NCBI GenBank assembly: GCA_038861545.1
Contig: JAWCCZ010000002.1
Location: 96,001-160,000 of the forward strand
Source of the DNA: Thermofilaceae archaeon
Lineage (GTDB): Archaea; Thermoproteota; Thermoprotei; Thermofilales; Thermofilaceae
DNA: 64,000 bases
Direction: 5' to 3'
Every line of letters begins with the position of its first letter. Position 1 is the stretch's first letter. Under the pieces are notes generated by a model, which did not search any database, was not told the origin of the DNA, and worked only from the letters and a program-made list of their open reading frames with translations. Both the position numbers and the translations under genes were made by a program. This document shows, piece by piece, positions 48,267 to 57,611 of this stretch.

Positions 48267-49205
48267 TTATCTGTGGCGTCTTTTCAAGAAGAGTACTAAG
48301 GTGAATACCAGAGCTAAGGCAGCCACAACATATAGAATAAGCAGAGTCTGCCGCTCCCTTCTCATCTGCTCTATAGTGCTTTCAAGCTTACTCGCAGCTA
48401 AAAGATCTTTCAACTCTCTGGAAGAAGTGCCGCCCCCGCGTAGATAAGCTAGCCCATGCACGCGTTGAACCATAGCTTCGTAGCCCTCAGCGCTACTGTA
48501 AGGGTGTATATAAACATAGAATTTTATCGCATCACCAGCCTTAAGCACTTGGCGCCCTCCAGGATAGTAGAACCTCAGCCTGTATGTTGTCCCACCCCAC
48601 TCCCTTTCATCGGTAACGCTTAAGGGAACTTGAGCAGCAGTATCTGTGAAAACTGCCATTGTTACACCAAGGTTTTGACCGATAGGTACAATCCAGCCGA
48701 AACCATTATCATAACTGGCTAACTCCTCTTCCCCTGAAACATACTCAGCCCTTAACTTTACGTTTTGCAAAGTTCCATCGGATAGAAGAACCGTAATACT
48801 TCCACTCGCGAAATTTTCGATCGGTAAGTCGATAATCCATGCAATGTTTTCAAACGTTAAATCGGAATCCGTCGTCAACGTGAACTCATAAAGCGCGAAG
48901 TCTGAACCAAAGAGAGCCTCTTCCCTCCAAGTAAACGTACCCCAAGGTGAATTTAAACGTCCAGAGACTTCCCGATCCTTTACTGACTGCACTGGCCAGT
49001 TAATTTGAAGGCTGTAGTTGTTGTCCCACGACCAGTTAGGCCCCCAAAGTGCTACTTGACAGGTGATGTTGAGCGTTAAGTACCGTACTGTTATAGCGCC
49101 GCTGCCGCTCGTGATAATTTCTACTTCATTGAACTGAACCTTGGGCACAGCAGTAGCAGTAGATAATACTATTAGCGCTATCAACAAGGATGCACTCTCC
49201 TTCAT
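48267..49205 (-). CDS. Secreted, C-terminally anchored hypothetical protein (paralog of 43763-44716)
   Basis: Signal peptide MKESASLLIALIVLSTATA; WGPNW, LRAEYVSGE, DEREWGGTTY; C-terminal TM plus KRRHR. Confidence 0.75.
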   Translation of the reverse strand: MKESASLLIALIVLSTATAVPKVQFNEVEIITSGSGAITVRYLTLNITCQVALWGPNWSWDNNYSLQINWPVQSVKDREVSGRLNSPWGTFTWREEALFGSDFALYEFTLTTDSDLTFENIAWIIDLPIENFASGSITVLLSDGTLQNVKLRAEYVSGEEELASYDNGFGWIVPIGQNLGVTMAVFTDTAAQVPLSVTDEREWGGTTYRLRFYYPGGRQVLKAGDAIKFYVYIHPYSSAEGYEAMVQRVHGLAYLRGGGTSSRELKDLLAASKLESTIEQMRRERQTLLILYVVAALALVFTLVLFLKRRHR

Positions 49206-49305
49206 CACTAAGTTTACTTGAACCAATATTAAGTATTTTACCTCCAGATTCTGACGTTAGGTTAGAAAAAAGCTCAAGTTTAACCGTCTTAGAAAGCTTT
49301 ACAGC

Positions 49306-51540
49306 TTAAAGTATTGAAACTTGAGTAAAGTAGATTTTCCTCAGATCGGCGATTCTCTCGGTTCGCGTAACCTTAAATCCTCCCTTCAGCCTGATATCTT
49401 GCGATGACGACCCAACCATTATCTCATATTCACCTGCTTCGAGTGTGAACTGCATAGCCCTGTCATAGAACGCTAACAGCTCACTAGGCAACTTAAAAAT
49501 AACCTGTTTGCTTTCCCCTGGCTTCAGAGTTAAACGTTTAAACCCTTTCAACTCTTTAACAGGTCTGGTGACGCTGGCTACTGGATCTCTTATGTACAGC
49601 TGGACGACTTCATCACCCTCTCTGTTGCCTGTGTTAGTTAAAGTAAAGCTTACAGTTAAAGTCTCTCCAGGTTCCAGTTTTTCCGGTTCTACCTTTAAGT
49701 TGTTGTACTCAAAGCTCGTGTAGCTTAAACCGTGACCGAATGGAAAGAGAGGTTTCCAATCCTCGTCTATATACTTAGAGGTGAAGCGATCCGAGGTTGG
49801 AGGTCTCCCTGTGCGCTTATGATTATAATATATTGGAACCTGCCCCACGGTTCTAGGCCAAGTAACCGGTAACTTACCTCCAGGGTTGTAGTCGCCGAAG
49901 AGTACGTCGGCTATAGCGTCTCCAGCATGCACACCTAAGTGCCAGGCTACCACGATTGCTGGTAAATACTCAGCGGACCAAGCGATAGTTAAAGGTCTCC
50001 CGGACATGACAACCTCGATAATGGGAATACCTGAATCTTTCACTGCTTCCCAAACCGTTTTAATAAGTTCTTCCTGTACCCCTGGCAAGCTCAAGTGAGC
50101 CCTAGAACCCGCCTCTCCGCTCATGTAGGCGCTCTCGCCTACAATTAGCACTACCGCATTAGCATTCTTGGCGAGTTCTATAGCTTCTGCGAAACCTTTT
50201 CTATCTTCGGATTGCACATCACAACCCTTAGCGTACAACACTTCTGTAGCTGGAGAGACTTTCCTTTTTACTCCCTCTAAAACTGTAACTGTGTCGTTTG
50301 GATCCCCTAGAGCCCGCCAACAGCCTAGCGGTGCATCCTTATCATCAGCTAGTGGCCCTATGACAGCTATTCTCTCAATGTCTTTCCGGAGAGGGAGCAC
50401 CCCCTCATTCTTTACGAGCACTATGCACCTGCGCGCGACTTCAAGCGCAATATCGAAATGCTCTTTGCATTTGATAATCTTCCTAGCTTTCTCGGAGTCG
50501 GCATACGGGTTCTCAAAAAGCCCGAGCTGGAATTTAACTGTAAGGATTCTTCTAATAGCTTCGTCAACCGCCTCAACAGGTAACACCCCGCTCTTCACTA
50601 AATCCAGTAGGTGCCTACGGTAGAGGTCGCTTACCATGTCCATATCGACGCCAGCCGAGATAGCCAGCTTAGCTGCATCAATACCATTTGAGGCAACTCC
50701 GTGTACGATAAGCTCGCCGATAGCGTTCCAATCGCTCACTACAAAACCCTTAAACCCCCATTCACTCTTAAGCACAGTCTTTAGTGTGTACTTGTTTCCC
50801 GACGCGGGGATACCGTTGAGATCGTTGAAAGCACTCATCACAGTGGCTACTCCTGCTGCCACAGCCGATTTAAACGGCGGCATGTAAACCTCCCTTAACG
50901 TTCTCTCGGAGATATCCACGGTGTTGTAGTCCCTACCTCCCTCAGCTGCCCCATATGCAACATAATGCTTCGCGCATGCAGCGACCCTTTCCGAATGAGG
51001 AGAGAGCTTCTCGCCTTGAAAGCCCTTCACAGCCGCCCAAGCCATAACAGAGGAAAGGTAGGGATCTTCGCCAAACCCTTCTGCAATCCTCCCCCAGCGG
51101 GGATCCCTAGCAATGTCGACCATAGGTGCAAATGTCCATTTTATGCCTTCAGCAGCAGCTTCCCTAGCAGCGACTTCAGCCGCTTTCCTAACCACTTCAG
51201 GTTCCCAGCTACTAGCCATCGCGAGTGGGATGGGGAAGATAGTTTTGTAACCATGAATTACGTCTAGACCCATCAGCAATGGTATACCGAGTTTTGAACC
51301 TTTAATCGCAAGCTCTTGAACCCTATTCACGTTCTCAACGCCCGTGACATTCAGTAAGGAACCAACTAACCCTTTTCTTACCAGCTCTTCGATATCCTTT
51401 GTGAAACCACTATACTGGCAAAGCTGTCCGATCTTCTCTTCAAGTGTCATCCTCTTTAAAAGATCATTAACGCGTTCATCAATGGGTTTGCTAGGATCCC
51501 TATAGGGTTCCACAAACCCTGTCACAGGCTGCCCACCCAC
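49306..51540 (-). CDS. bglX: GH3 beta-glucosidase (BglX-like)
   Basis: DVIHG, RDPRWGR..EGFGEDP, KHY, VVSDW nucleophile, SGEA.SR, FPFGHGLSYT, Fn3-like C-terminus. Confidence 0.93.
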   Translation of the reverse strand: MGGQPVTGFVEPYRDPSKPIDERVNDLLKRMTLEEKIGQLCQYSGFTKDIEELVRKGLVGSLLNVTGVENVNRVQELAIKGSKLGIPLLMGLDVIHGYKTIFPIPLAMASSWEPEVVRKAAEVAAREAAAEGIKWTFAPMVDIARDPRWGRIAEGFGEDPYLSSVMAWAAVKGFQGEKLSPHSERVAACAKHYVAYGAAEGGRDYNTVDISERTLREVYMPPFKSAVAAGVATVMSAFNDLNGIPASGNKYTLKTVLKSEWGFKGFVVSDWNAIGELIVHGVASNGIDAAKLAISAGVDMDMVSDLYRRHLLDLVKSGVLPVEAVDEAIRRILTVKFQLGLFENPYADSEKARKIIKCKEHFDIALEVARRCIVLVKNEGVLPLRKDIERIAVIGPLADDKDAPLGCWRALGDPNDTVTVLEGVKRKVSPATEVLYAKGCDVQSEDRKGFAEAIELAKNANAVVLIVGESAYMSGEAGSRAHLSLPGVQEELIKTVWEAVKDSGIPIIEVVMSGRPLTIAWSAEYLPAIVVAWHLGVHAGDAIADVLFGDYNPGGKLPVTWPRTVGQVPIYYNHKRTGRPPTSDRFTSKYIDEDWKPLFPFGHGLSYTSFEYNNLKVEPEKLEPGETLTVSFTLTNTGNREGDEVVQLYIRDPVASVTRPVKELKGFKRLTLKPGESKQVIFKLPSELLAFYDRAMQFTLEAGEYEIMVGSSSQDIRLKGGFKVTRTERIADLRKIYFTQVSIL

Positions 51541-51571
51541 ATAGATAAAAAATAAGTAACTACTAAGCCTA

Positions 51572-52108
51572 CTACTTCAACTTGTTACCGAAACTCTCCA
51601 AGTGTACTATTTCTTTAAGCTCTCGGCGGGGCCTAGCTGTCGGCCGCTCGTCGGGATAGCCTACCGCAAAGAGACCTATAGGGAAAAGGTGATCCGGTGC
51701 ACCAATGATCTTCCTAACAGTATCAGCCACGGGCACGGTGTGAAGCCATACAGCGCCTAACCCGAGGCAGTGGAGGGCTAGCCAAAGATACATGGCTACA
51801 AGAGAGCCGTCAATCATGTAAGAGTCAGGAGCCCTTCGAGCATCGGATAGTACCACGATGGCTACTGGGGCTTCAGCGGTATACCTTGCCCACGGGTGTA
51901 TCTTCGACAACTTTTCGCGTTGCTCTTTATCGCGGACCACGACTAACTCCCAAGGTTGTCCATTCCTAGCGCTAGGTGCAGAACGAGCTACATCTATAGC
52001 TTTAAGAACCAGATCGAGGGGTACATCGTCAGGCTTAAACCGCCTAATACTCCTTCTAGTTAGGAGAGCTTCGAGGCATTCCTTGCTCTCCATGAGTGGG
52101 TTATACAA
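51572..52108 (-). CDS. Nitroreductase family protein
   Basis: RRSIRRF, APSARNGQPW, LGLGAVW, VGYP; ATG 52093 is an alternative start. Confidence 0.92.
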   Translation of the reverse strand: MYNPLMESKECLEALLTRRSIRRFKPDDVPLDLVLKAIDVARSAPSARNGQPWELVVVRDKEQREKLSKIHPWARYTAEAPVAIVVLSDARRAPDSYMIDGSLVAMYLWLALHCLGLGAVWLHTVPVADTVRKIIGAPDHLFPIGLFAVGYPDERPTARPRRELKEIVHLESFGNKLK

Positions 52109-52524
52109 CTCTAGTATTCATGCTTAACGCTCTTACTTCAGTGAACATGTAAACATTTTTAGTGTCAGCCGATAAATTATTGAACCGATGTATACTATAC
52201 TATGATTTCAAGTCCTCGGAGTTAGGACTACAAATGGTTAAAAGCCTCTCTCTCCGAAGATTCGGTAGAGGAGCATATTGATGAAAAGTCTTTCTCATAT
52301 AACATCTTTTAGGTTTAACTGGAAAGCCGATTCTTCCATTACAGTACTACGAAATTCTACAGTAAAACTAACTCTTATATTATTACAATGAATGATTATG
52401 GGGTAGTTGCAGGAATAAAATGAAAATAAAATACTTTATATGCAACTAGATCTAATGACAACGTTTGAAATTATAAAAAATCTTATATATTTCATAGATA
52501 AAAGACAAGTTCAGGGAAAACTTT

Positions 52525-53190
52525 ATGAGTCAAACAAATATTAATGAAATCACTTCTGAAAGCTGGAATTTCACGATAAAACTTTTGAGAGACGTTGGCA
52601 ACCTAATACTTTTAATCGTGTTGAATGTAATCCCGGTTGTGGACTTTATAGTCCTAGGCTATTTCAAGCGGATTGTTAGGTTCGATTTAAAGGATCCGCC
52701 GAAGCTGGATGATTTCGGCGGTCTTTTCATTGAGGGGTTCAAGCTTGTTATAGCTTCGCTAATTTACGCTTTCATACCGTTGATAATTCTAATTATAGGT
52801 TTCGCGGGCATGTTTTTCGGCGGATTCTTCGGAAGATTCGTTGGTTTAACATTTATAATCATAGGTGGCCTATTAGCCGTCGCAATATTATTCATAGGGT
52901 TACCGGCCCTCGCCATCTACATGAGGACAGACGATTTCTCTAAAGTTTTTGCTTTTGGCGAAGCATGGAATCTCATACAAGCATTCGGACTCGGAAACTA
53001 TATTATCCTGTATATCGTGCTCATAGTCTTCGGCTTAATAACCTCCGCAATCGGTAGCGTAATTCCATGGGTGGGACCCGCGATATTGGGCGTCTTTTCT
53101 GGAGCATTTTCCTTCAAAGCAATATCGCTCTTCGTTAATCGGAAATACCCTGTCAGGCTACCACCTCCACCACCGCCTCCGACTTTTTAG
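52525..53190 (+). CDS. DUF4013-like membrane protein with poly-Pro C-terminus
   Basis: IP....LGY..RI......PP.LDDFGGLFIEG; multiple TM segments; ends PPPPPPPTF. Confidence 0.75.
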   Translation: MSQTNINEITSESWNFTIKLLRDVGNLILLIVLNVIPVVDFIVLGYFKRIVRFDLKDPPKLDDFGGLFIEGFKLVIASLIYAFIPLIILIIGFAGMFFGGFFGRFVGLTFIIIGGLLAVAILFIGLPALAIYMRTDDFSKVFAFGEAWNLIQAFGLGNYIILYIVLIVFGLITSAIGSVIPWVGPAILGVFSGAFSFKAISLFVNRKYPVRLPPPPPPPTF

Positions 53191-53227
53191 TTAACTTTTA
53201 TTTACTAAACTAATCATGTACAAAGGA

Positions 53228-54217
53228 TTACAACTCAATTATTGCTTTCACTTCCTTCCTTTCCAGTGATTTCTTCAGAGCTTTTTCCGCGTTTTCAATT
53301 CCTTTGAACACGCTTGTAATAACCGGTTTTACTTTTCCAGCTTTAAGCAGCTCTACTGCTTTACTGAACTCGTTAAACCCTCCACACCTCGTGCCTATAA
53401 TCCTGAGCTCCTTTACCACAGCCTGCGTCATATCTACCGTGAAAGGCAAGCCTGGAGTTGACTTCAGGTGAATAATCCCCCTGGGCTTCGCTATCCTTAT
53501 CGCGAGGTTAAGTGCTGAGGGATCTCCGCTGCACTCAAAAATGATGTCGAAACCTAAGCCCTCTGGCGTGTTCTTAGCGGCATGAGCTGCAACGTCCTGC
53601 AATGGCACGGTATCAACTCCTAAGCCGGCTAAGTGTTTGGCTTTAGGACTATCGGGCCTCACAACAGCTATGTGGTCTACCCCCATAAGTTTAAGCACTT
53701 GGCATGTAAGCACAGCTAGGTTCCCACTTCCTATTACCGCCGACTTTATATTAGGGGTTGGTGTTACTTGCCCTACGGCGTTTAACACAGCTGCAAGGGG
53801 TTCAATCTCCGTTGCCTCTACAGGGTCTAAACCGTCAACTAGGTGTAAAGCCTCAAATGGAGCTATAAAATACTCGGCTAAACCTCCATCAAAATCTATG
53901 CCTAGCGTCCTCTTATAAGGGCAGTGTGTGTAAAGCCCTGAGCGGCAGTAGTAGCACCTCCAGCAGGGAAAGTTGATCTCCACAGTTACCAGGTTTCCCT
54001 TTAAGTTGTTAGGACCTTCCTCGACAACTCCCACTACTTCATGACCAAGAACTATAGGAGTTTTAAAGAGTGGATAGGTTCCTGTGAAGAATGCCTTATC
54101 TGTACCACAAATTCCTACTGCTATGCTCTTGATTAATGCCCATCCTCGTGGGGGCTCTGGTCGTTCAACATCCTCCACAACCAGCTTCCAAGGCGCATAT
54201 AGCCTAGCAGCTAGCAT
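53228..54217 (-). CDS. Zn-dependent medium-chain dehydrogenase (sugar-alcohol/threonine dehydrogenase-like)
   Basis: GICGTD, LGHE, CWRCYYC...C, EPLA, IGSGNL. Confidence 0.9.
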   Translation of the reverse strand: MLAARLYAPWKLVVEDVERPEPPRGWALIKSIAVGICGTDKAFFTGTYPLFKTPIVLGHEVVGVVEEGPNNLKGNLVTVEINFPCWRCYYCRSGLYTHCPYKRTLGIDFDGGLAEYFIAPFEALHLVDGLDPVEATEIEPLAAVLNAVGQVTPTPNIKSAVIGSGNLAVLTCQVLKLMGVDHIAVVRPDSPKAKHLAGLGVDTVPLQDVAAHAAKNTPEGLGFDIIFECSGDPSALNLAIRIAKPRGIIHLKSTPGLPFTVDMTQAVVKELRIIGTRCGGFNEFSKAVELLKAGKVKPVITSVFKGIENAEKALKKSLERKEVKAIIEL

Positions 54218-54333
54218 GGAAATTGATTAAGAGCCCCAGGTAAAAACTATATCTATAATGAAAAGTGTTGACTTAGCGTTTCCAGCTACCTTAAAAACTG
54301 GATTGAAAAAGATCCACCTTGTTTAAAATGAAT

Positions 54334-54786
54334 TTATTTATAGTTCAGTAACTCGATAATCGCCCCTAGCGTGGTGCAGGCGTCCACGTACGCGTAGGAT
54401 CCGCCAGTGAAATTACCCCGTTGGACTAGCTCACCTCCGCTTTCTTCTAGCTTGCTAATTCCTTTATCCATATCCCTTACTTCAAATGCAATGTGATGGA
54501 TCCCAGGACCATGCTTTTCCAAAAATTCACTCCAAGTGCTAGGGCCGCCTACTGGTTCAATCAGCTCAAGGACTATGTTCTCAAAGTTGAAGAATGCAAG
54601 CTTAGCTCTACCGCTGGAAGGTTCTCCTCTATACATCATGTGAGTCCTGTCCCATTCCTCGGTTTCTATCACTTTAGGCTTTTCAACTCCAAGCAAACGG
54701 GCCCAGTTCTCGGCAACCTGCTCAATATTCCTGACAACTACCGATACTTGGACAACTTTACCGAAGTTTTTCCCATTTTCAACCAT
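54334..54786 (-). CDS. VOC/glyoxalase-family protein (methylmalonyl-CoA epimerase-like)
   Basis: QVSVVV, LELIEP, GPGIHHIAF, IIEL. Confidence 0.85.
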   Translation of the reverse strand: MVENGKNFGKVVQVSVVVRNIEQVAENWARLLGVEKPKVIETEEWDRTHMMYRGEPSSGRAKLAFFNFENIVLELIEPVGGPSTWSEFLEKHGPGIHHIAFEVRDMDKGISKLEESGGELVQRGNFTGGSYAYVDACTTLGAIIELLNYK

Positions 54787-54865
54787 ATGGGTCGCTTGAA
54801 CTCTAAGCGTAAGAGGTATTATATGTGGCGTTTTCTATTTTAATCGAAGAAGGAAATTAAACGCC

Positions 54866-55705
54866 ATGCCAGAAACTCTAGAGAAACAAGTTAAGTTACA
54901 AACGGGTTTAGAAACGTTAATGCGAGCTTGGATCCCTGAAGTACAGCCTAAAGCGGTGGTTGTAGGTATCCATGGTTTCGCAGAACACTCAGGTAGGTAC
55001 TCTCACGTAGGATCTTTCCTTGCTGAGCATGGCTTCTCTCTCTATATGTACGACTTAAGGGGTCATGGTTTATCGAAGGGTGTTAGAGGTTACCTGGACT
55101 CATTTAACCAGTTTGTTGAAGACACGATAGCTTTTTTCGAGCTAGTATTTAAAGAGGTAAATGGTGTTAAGCTGTTTTTACTGGGCCATAGTATGGGGGG
55201 TTTAATAGCTGTACACGTGGCTGCTAAACTCAATGACGAAATCTCAGGTTTGATTACTAGCGGTGCAGCATTGGAGCTGAAAGTGAAAATGGCGACAAGT
55301 TTGCTTCTTAAACTGTTAAGTATTTTAAAACCTACGGGAAGAACTCGCCTGCCTGTAGCGGTTGATTGCTTATCAAAAGATAAAGAAGTTATTGATAAAT
55401 ATATGGTAGACCCTTTGGTTTTTAAAGATCCAACATACAGGCTTTTAGCGGAGTTTGGAAAAGGGGTCTCTGAGGTTTGGAACCTTGTAGGGAGAATCTC
55501 CGTCCCAGCCCTCATAATGCATGGTGAAGATGACTGTTTAGTACCTCCTACTGCATCTCAGAAACTATATGATAGGCTGCCATCGTCCAAGAAAATGTTA
55601 AAGATGTATAAAGGCCTTAAACATGAAATCTTTAATGAAACCGAGAAAGAGATTGTATTTAAGGACCTAGCTGAATGGTTGAATAAACACACAGTCAATA
55701 TATAG
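54866..55705 (+). CDS. Lysophospholipase / monoacylglycerol lipase-like alpha/beta-hydrolase
   Basis: HGFAEHSGRY, DLRGHGLS, GHSMGG, HGEDD, HEIFNE. Confidence 0.9.
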   Translation: MPETLEKQVKLQTGLETLMRAWIPEVQPKAVVVGIHGFAEHSGRYSHVGSFLAEHGFSLYMYDLRGHGLSKGVRGYLDSFNQFVEDTIAFFELVFKEVNGVKLFLLGHSMGGLIAVHVAAKLNDEISGLITSGAALELKVKMATSLLLKLLSILKPTGRTRLPVAVDCLSKDKEVIDKYMVDPLVFKDPTYRLLAEFGKGVSEVWNLVGRISVPALIMHGEDDCLVPPTASQKLYDRLPSSKKMLKMYKGLKHEIFNETEKEIVFKDLAEWLNKHTVNI

Positions 55706-56001
55706 ATTAACTTATGAAGGCAAGCTGCTTATCTCACATAGAATAACGGCTTACCAGATGCTCCAACTTAATTGTGATTGACTCTAAGAGTTAGGGGTAA
55801 TTAACATACCTTTTTGAGGTTGAGGCTAGTGCTTTAAGAAGAGTGTATATACTCTCCATGATCTAAAGGCTCTATAAAAATACATAGGAAAATTCGGCCT
55901 TGCCGTTGCCATTCATCAGCCTGGAAAACTGGAAACTGGCTGATTAGCTTGGCTTGAAAATTTGCCTAGTAAAAAAGTTGTAAATTTTGTATAGACAATT
56001 A

Positions 56002-56613
56002 TTAAAGCGATAGCTCTACAGTCAGTTTTATAGCCTTCACCTGAAGTTTTAGTGGGAGACTGGCTAGCAGGTTCATTTTGCGAGCAACTATGTCGGGCGT
56101 ATAGGCTACATGGATGAAACCGGCACGTTTAGGATAACCGTTTAAGTCTGCGTGACGTAAAAGAGTGTACATCGTGAAGTTACAGAGAAATGTTCCAGCC
56201 GAGTATGAAATAGTAGCAGGAATTCCCTTCTCCTTTAACTTTTCGAGAATCTTTCTCAAGGGAAGTGTAGAAAAGTAAGCCGCGGGGCCTATGGGGTCTA
56301 TCGGTTCATCTACAGGCTGCCAGCCATCATTGTCCGGTTTCGAAGCATCTTTAATGTTAACTGCCACACGTTCAAGTCTGAGGTGGCTGGCACCTCCATA
56401 TAATCCTAAAGATATAGCTATTTCAGGTCTATTCTCGTTTAGCAAACTTGTAAGCTCTGTTCCAGCCCTCTTGAATGAAACCGGTAAAATCGCCATATGA
56501 ACATCATAGCCGTGATTTATGAGTTCCTCTGCGGCCTTTTTAGCTACTATAGCTGATGGATTTACCTCTTCTCCACCAAAAGGTTCGAAGCCTGTTAATA
56601 GAATTCTTGCCAC
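56002..56613 (-). CDS. pcp: Pyroglutamyl-peptidase I
   Basis: LTGFEPFGG..VNPS, LERVAVN, PDNDG, SAGTFLCN, GFIH. Confidence 0.93.
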   Translation of the reverse strand: MARILLTGFEPFGGEEVNPSAIVAKKAAEELINHGYDVHMAILPVSFKRAGTELTSLLNENRPEIAISLGLYGGASHLRLERVAVNIKDASKPDNDGWQPVDEPIDPIGPAAYFSTLPLRKILEKLKEKGIPATISYSAGTFLCNFTMYTLLRHADLNGYPKRAGFIHVAYTPDIVARKMNLLASLPLKLQVKAIKLTVELSL

Positions 56614-56724
56614 ACAGGTTTTACTAGGCTTTGCTTTAAGTTTCTCGATAATTTGTTTTTAGTCCTGAAGTACTAGAAAAATTTAAATCTTATACAAAGA
56701 ATTTTTTCAGGCAGGAAGAATAGG

Positions 56725-57555
56725 ATGAAAGTAATTATGTATCTAATTTGCATTTCAACTTTTACTTTAGTAATGGCTATTCTCATTCTTTTATTCTCAG
56801 GTACTGAAAGAAAAGAAAACGTTGTTCTCGAGTTTAACATTACAGGTGGCATCTGGGGCAGAAACGATGGATTTAAACTCTACTCCAATGGAAGCGCAAC
56901 GTACAGGGTAAGAAAAGAGATTGTCAGAACCCTAACGCTGCCAGTACAAGTTTTGGAAGAGCTGGACAGTAGAGTTAAACAATTAAGAAGGTCATACCCT
57001 GATGGTTTAAAGCTCGAGCCGAGTGACGGTGCTGATTACTTTATTTATAGCTTAGCCGTTCACAGCGACGAGAAAATTATCTCCTACCAGTGGACCAGTT
57101 TCAATAAAGTACCCAATGAACTGTTCTATCTTACCGATTTACTACATGGTGTGAATGGTTTCCTTGCAAACCCGGAAAGCATTATTGTCTACATAAGAGC
57201 CGGCTCCTTAAACGTCAGTAAAGGTTACGTCCTGGAATTGCATGTTTTTGCTTTCAACCCGGCACAGGAGGATTTCATGTACGATTCACCGACGCCATGT
57301 CATCCCGACTTCAAAGTGCTTTTATACAGGGATAGGGACGAACCTGTTGAGCTGTTCCCCGCAGGCTATGACTCTAGTGTCCCATGCATTCAAGTAGTGC
57401 AACAGCGTAGACTGAAGGCTAATGAAACTCTGTATGCTGAGTATAGAATAACCCTTAATGAGGAAGGTACTTACATTATAGAGGCTAGCTTCCCCTACTC
57501 TGAATGGAGTCAGAGAAGGTTTACATCTAGGATAATGGTTACAGTAAAGGGTTAA
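56725..57555 (+). CDS. Membrane-anchored/secreted two-domain hypothetical protein (possible protease-inhibitor-like domains)
   Basis: N-terminal TM; ITGGIWG...GADYFIY domain; C-terminal Ig-like domain with CIQVV..RRLKANE. Confidence 0.6.
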   Translation: MKVIMYLICISTFTLVMAILILLFSGTERKENVVLEFNITGGIWGRNDGFKLYSNGSATYRVRKEIVRTLTLPVQVLEELDSRVKQLRRSYPDGLKLEPSDGADYFIYSLAVHSDEKIISYQWTSFNKVPNELFYLTDLLHGVNGFLANPESIIVYIRAGSLNVSKGYVLELHVFAFNPAQEDFMYDSPTPCHPDFKVLLYRDRDEPVELFPAGYDSSVPCIQVVQQRRLKANETLYAEYRITLNEEGTYIIEASFPYSEWSQRRFTSRIMVTVKG

Positions 57556-57611
57556 GAGGAGGCTCGCATTCACGTAAACGTTAAATTTTACCATTATAAG
57601 TTTGCTCAAGC

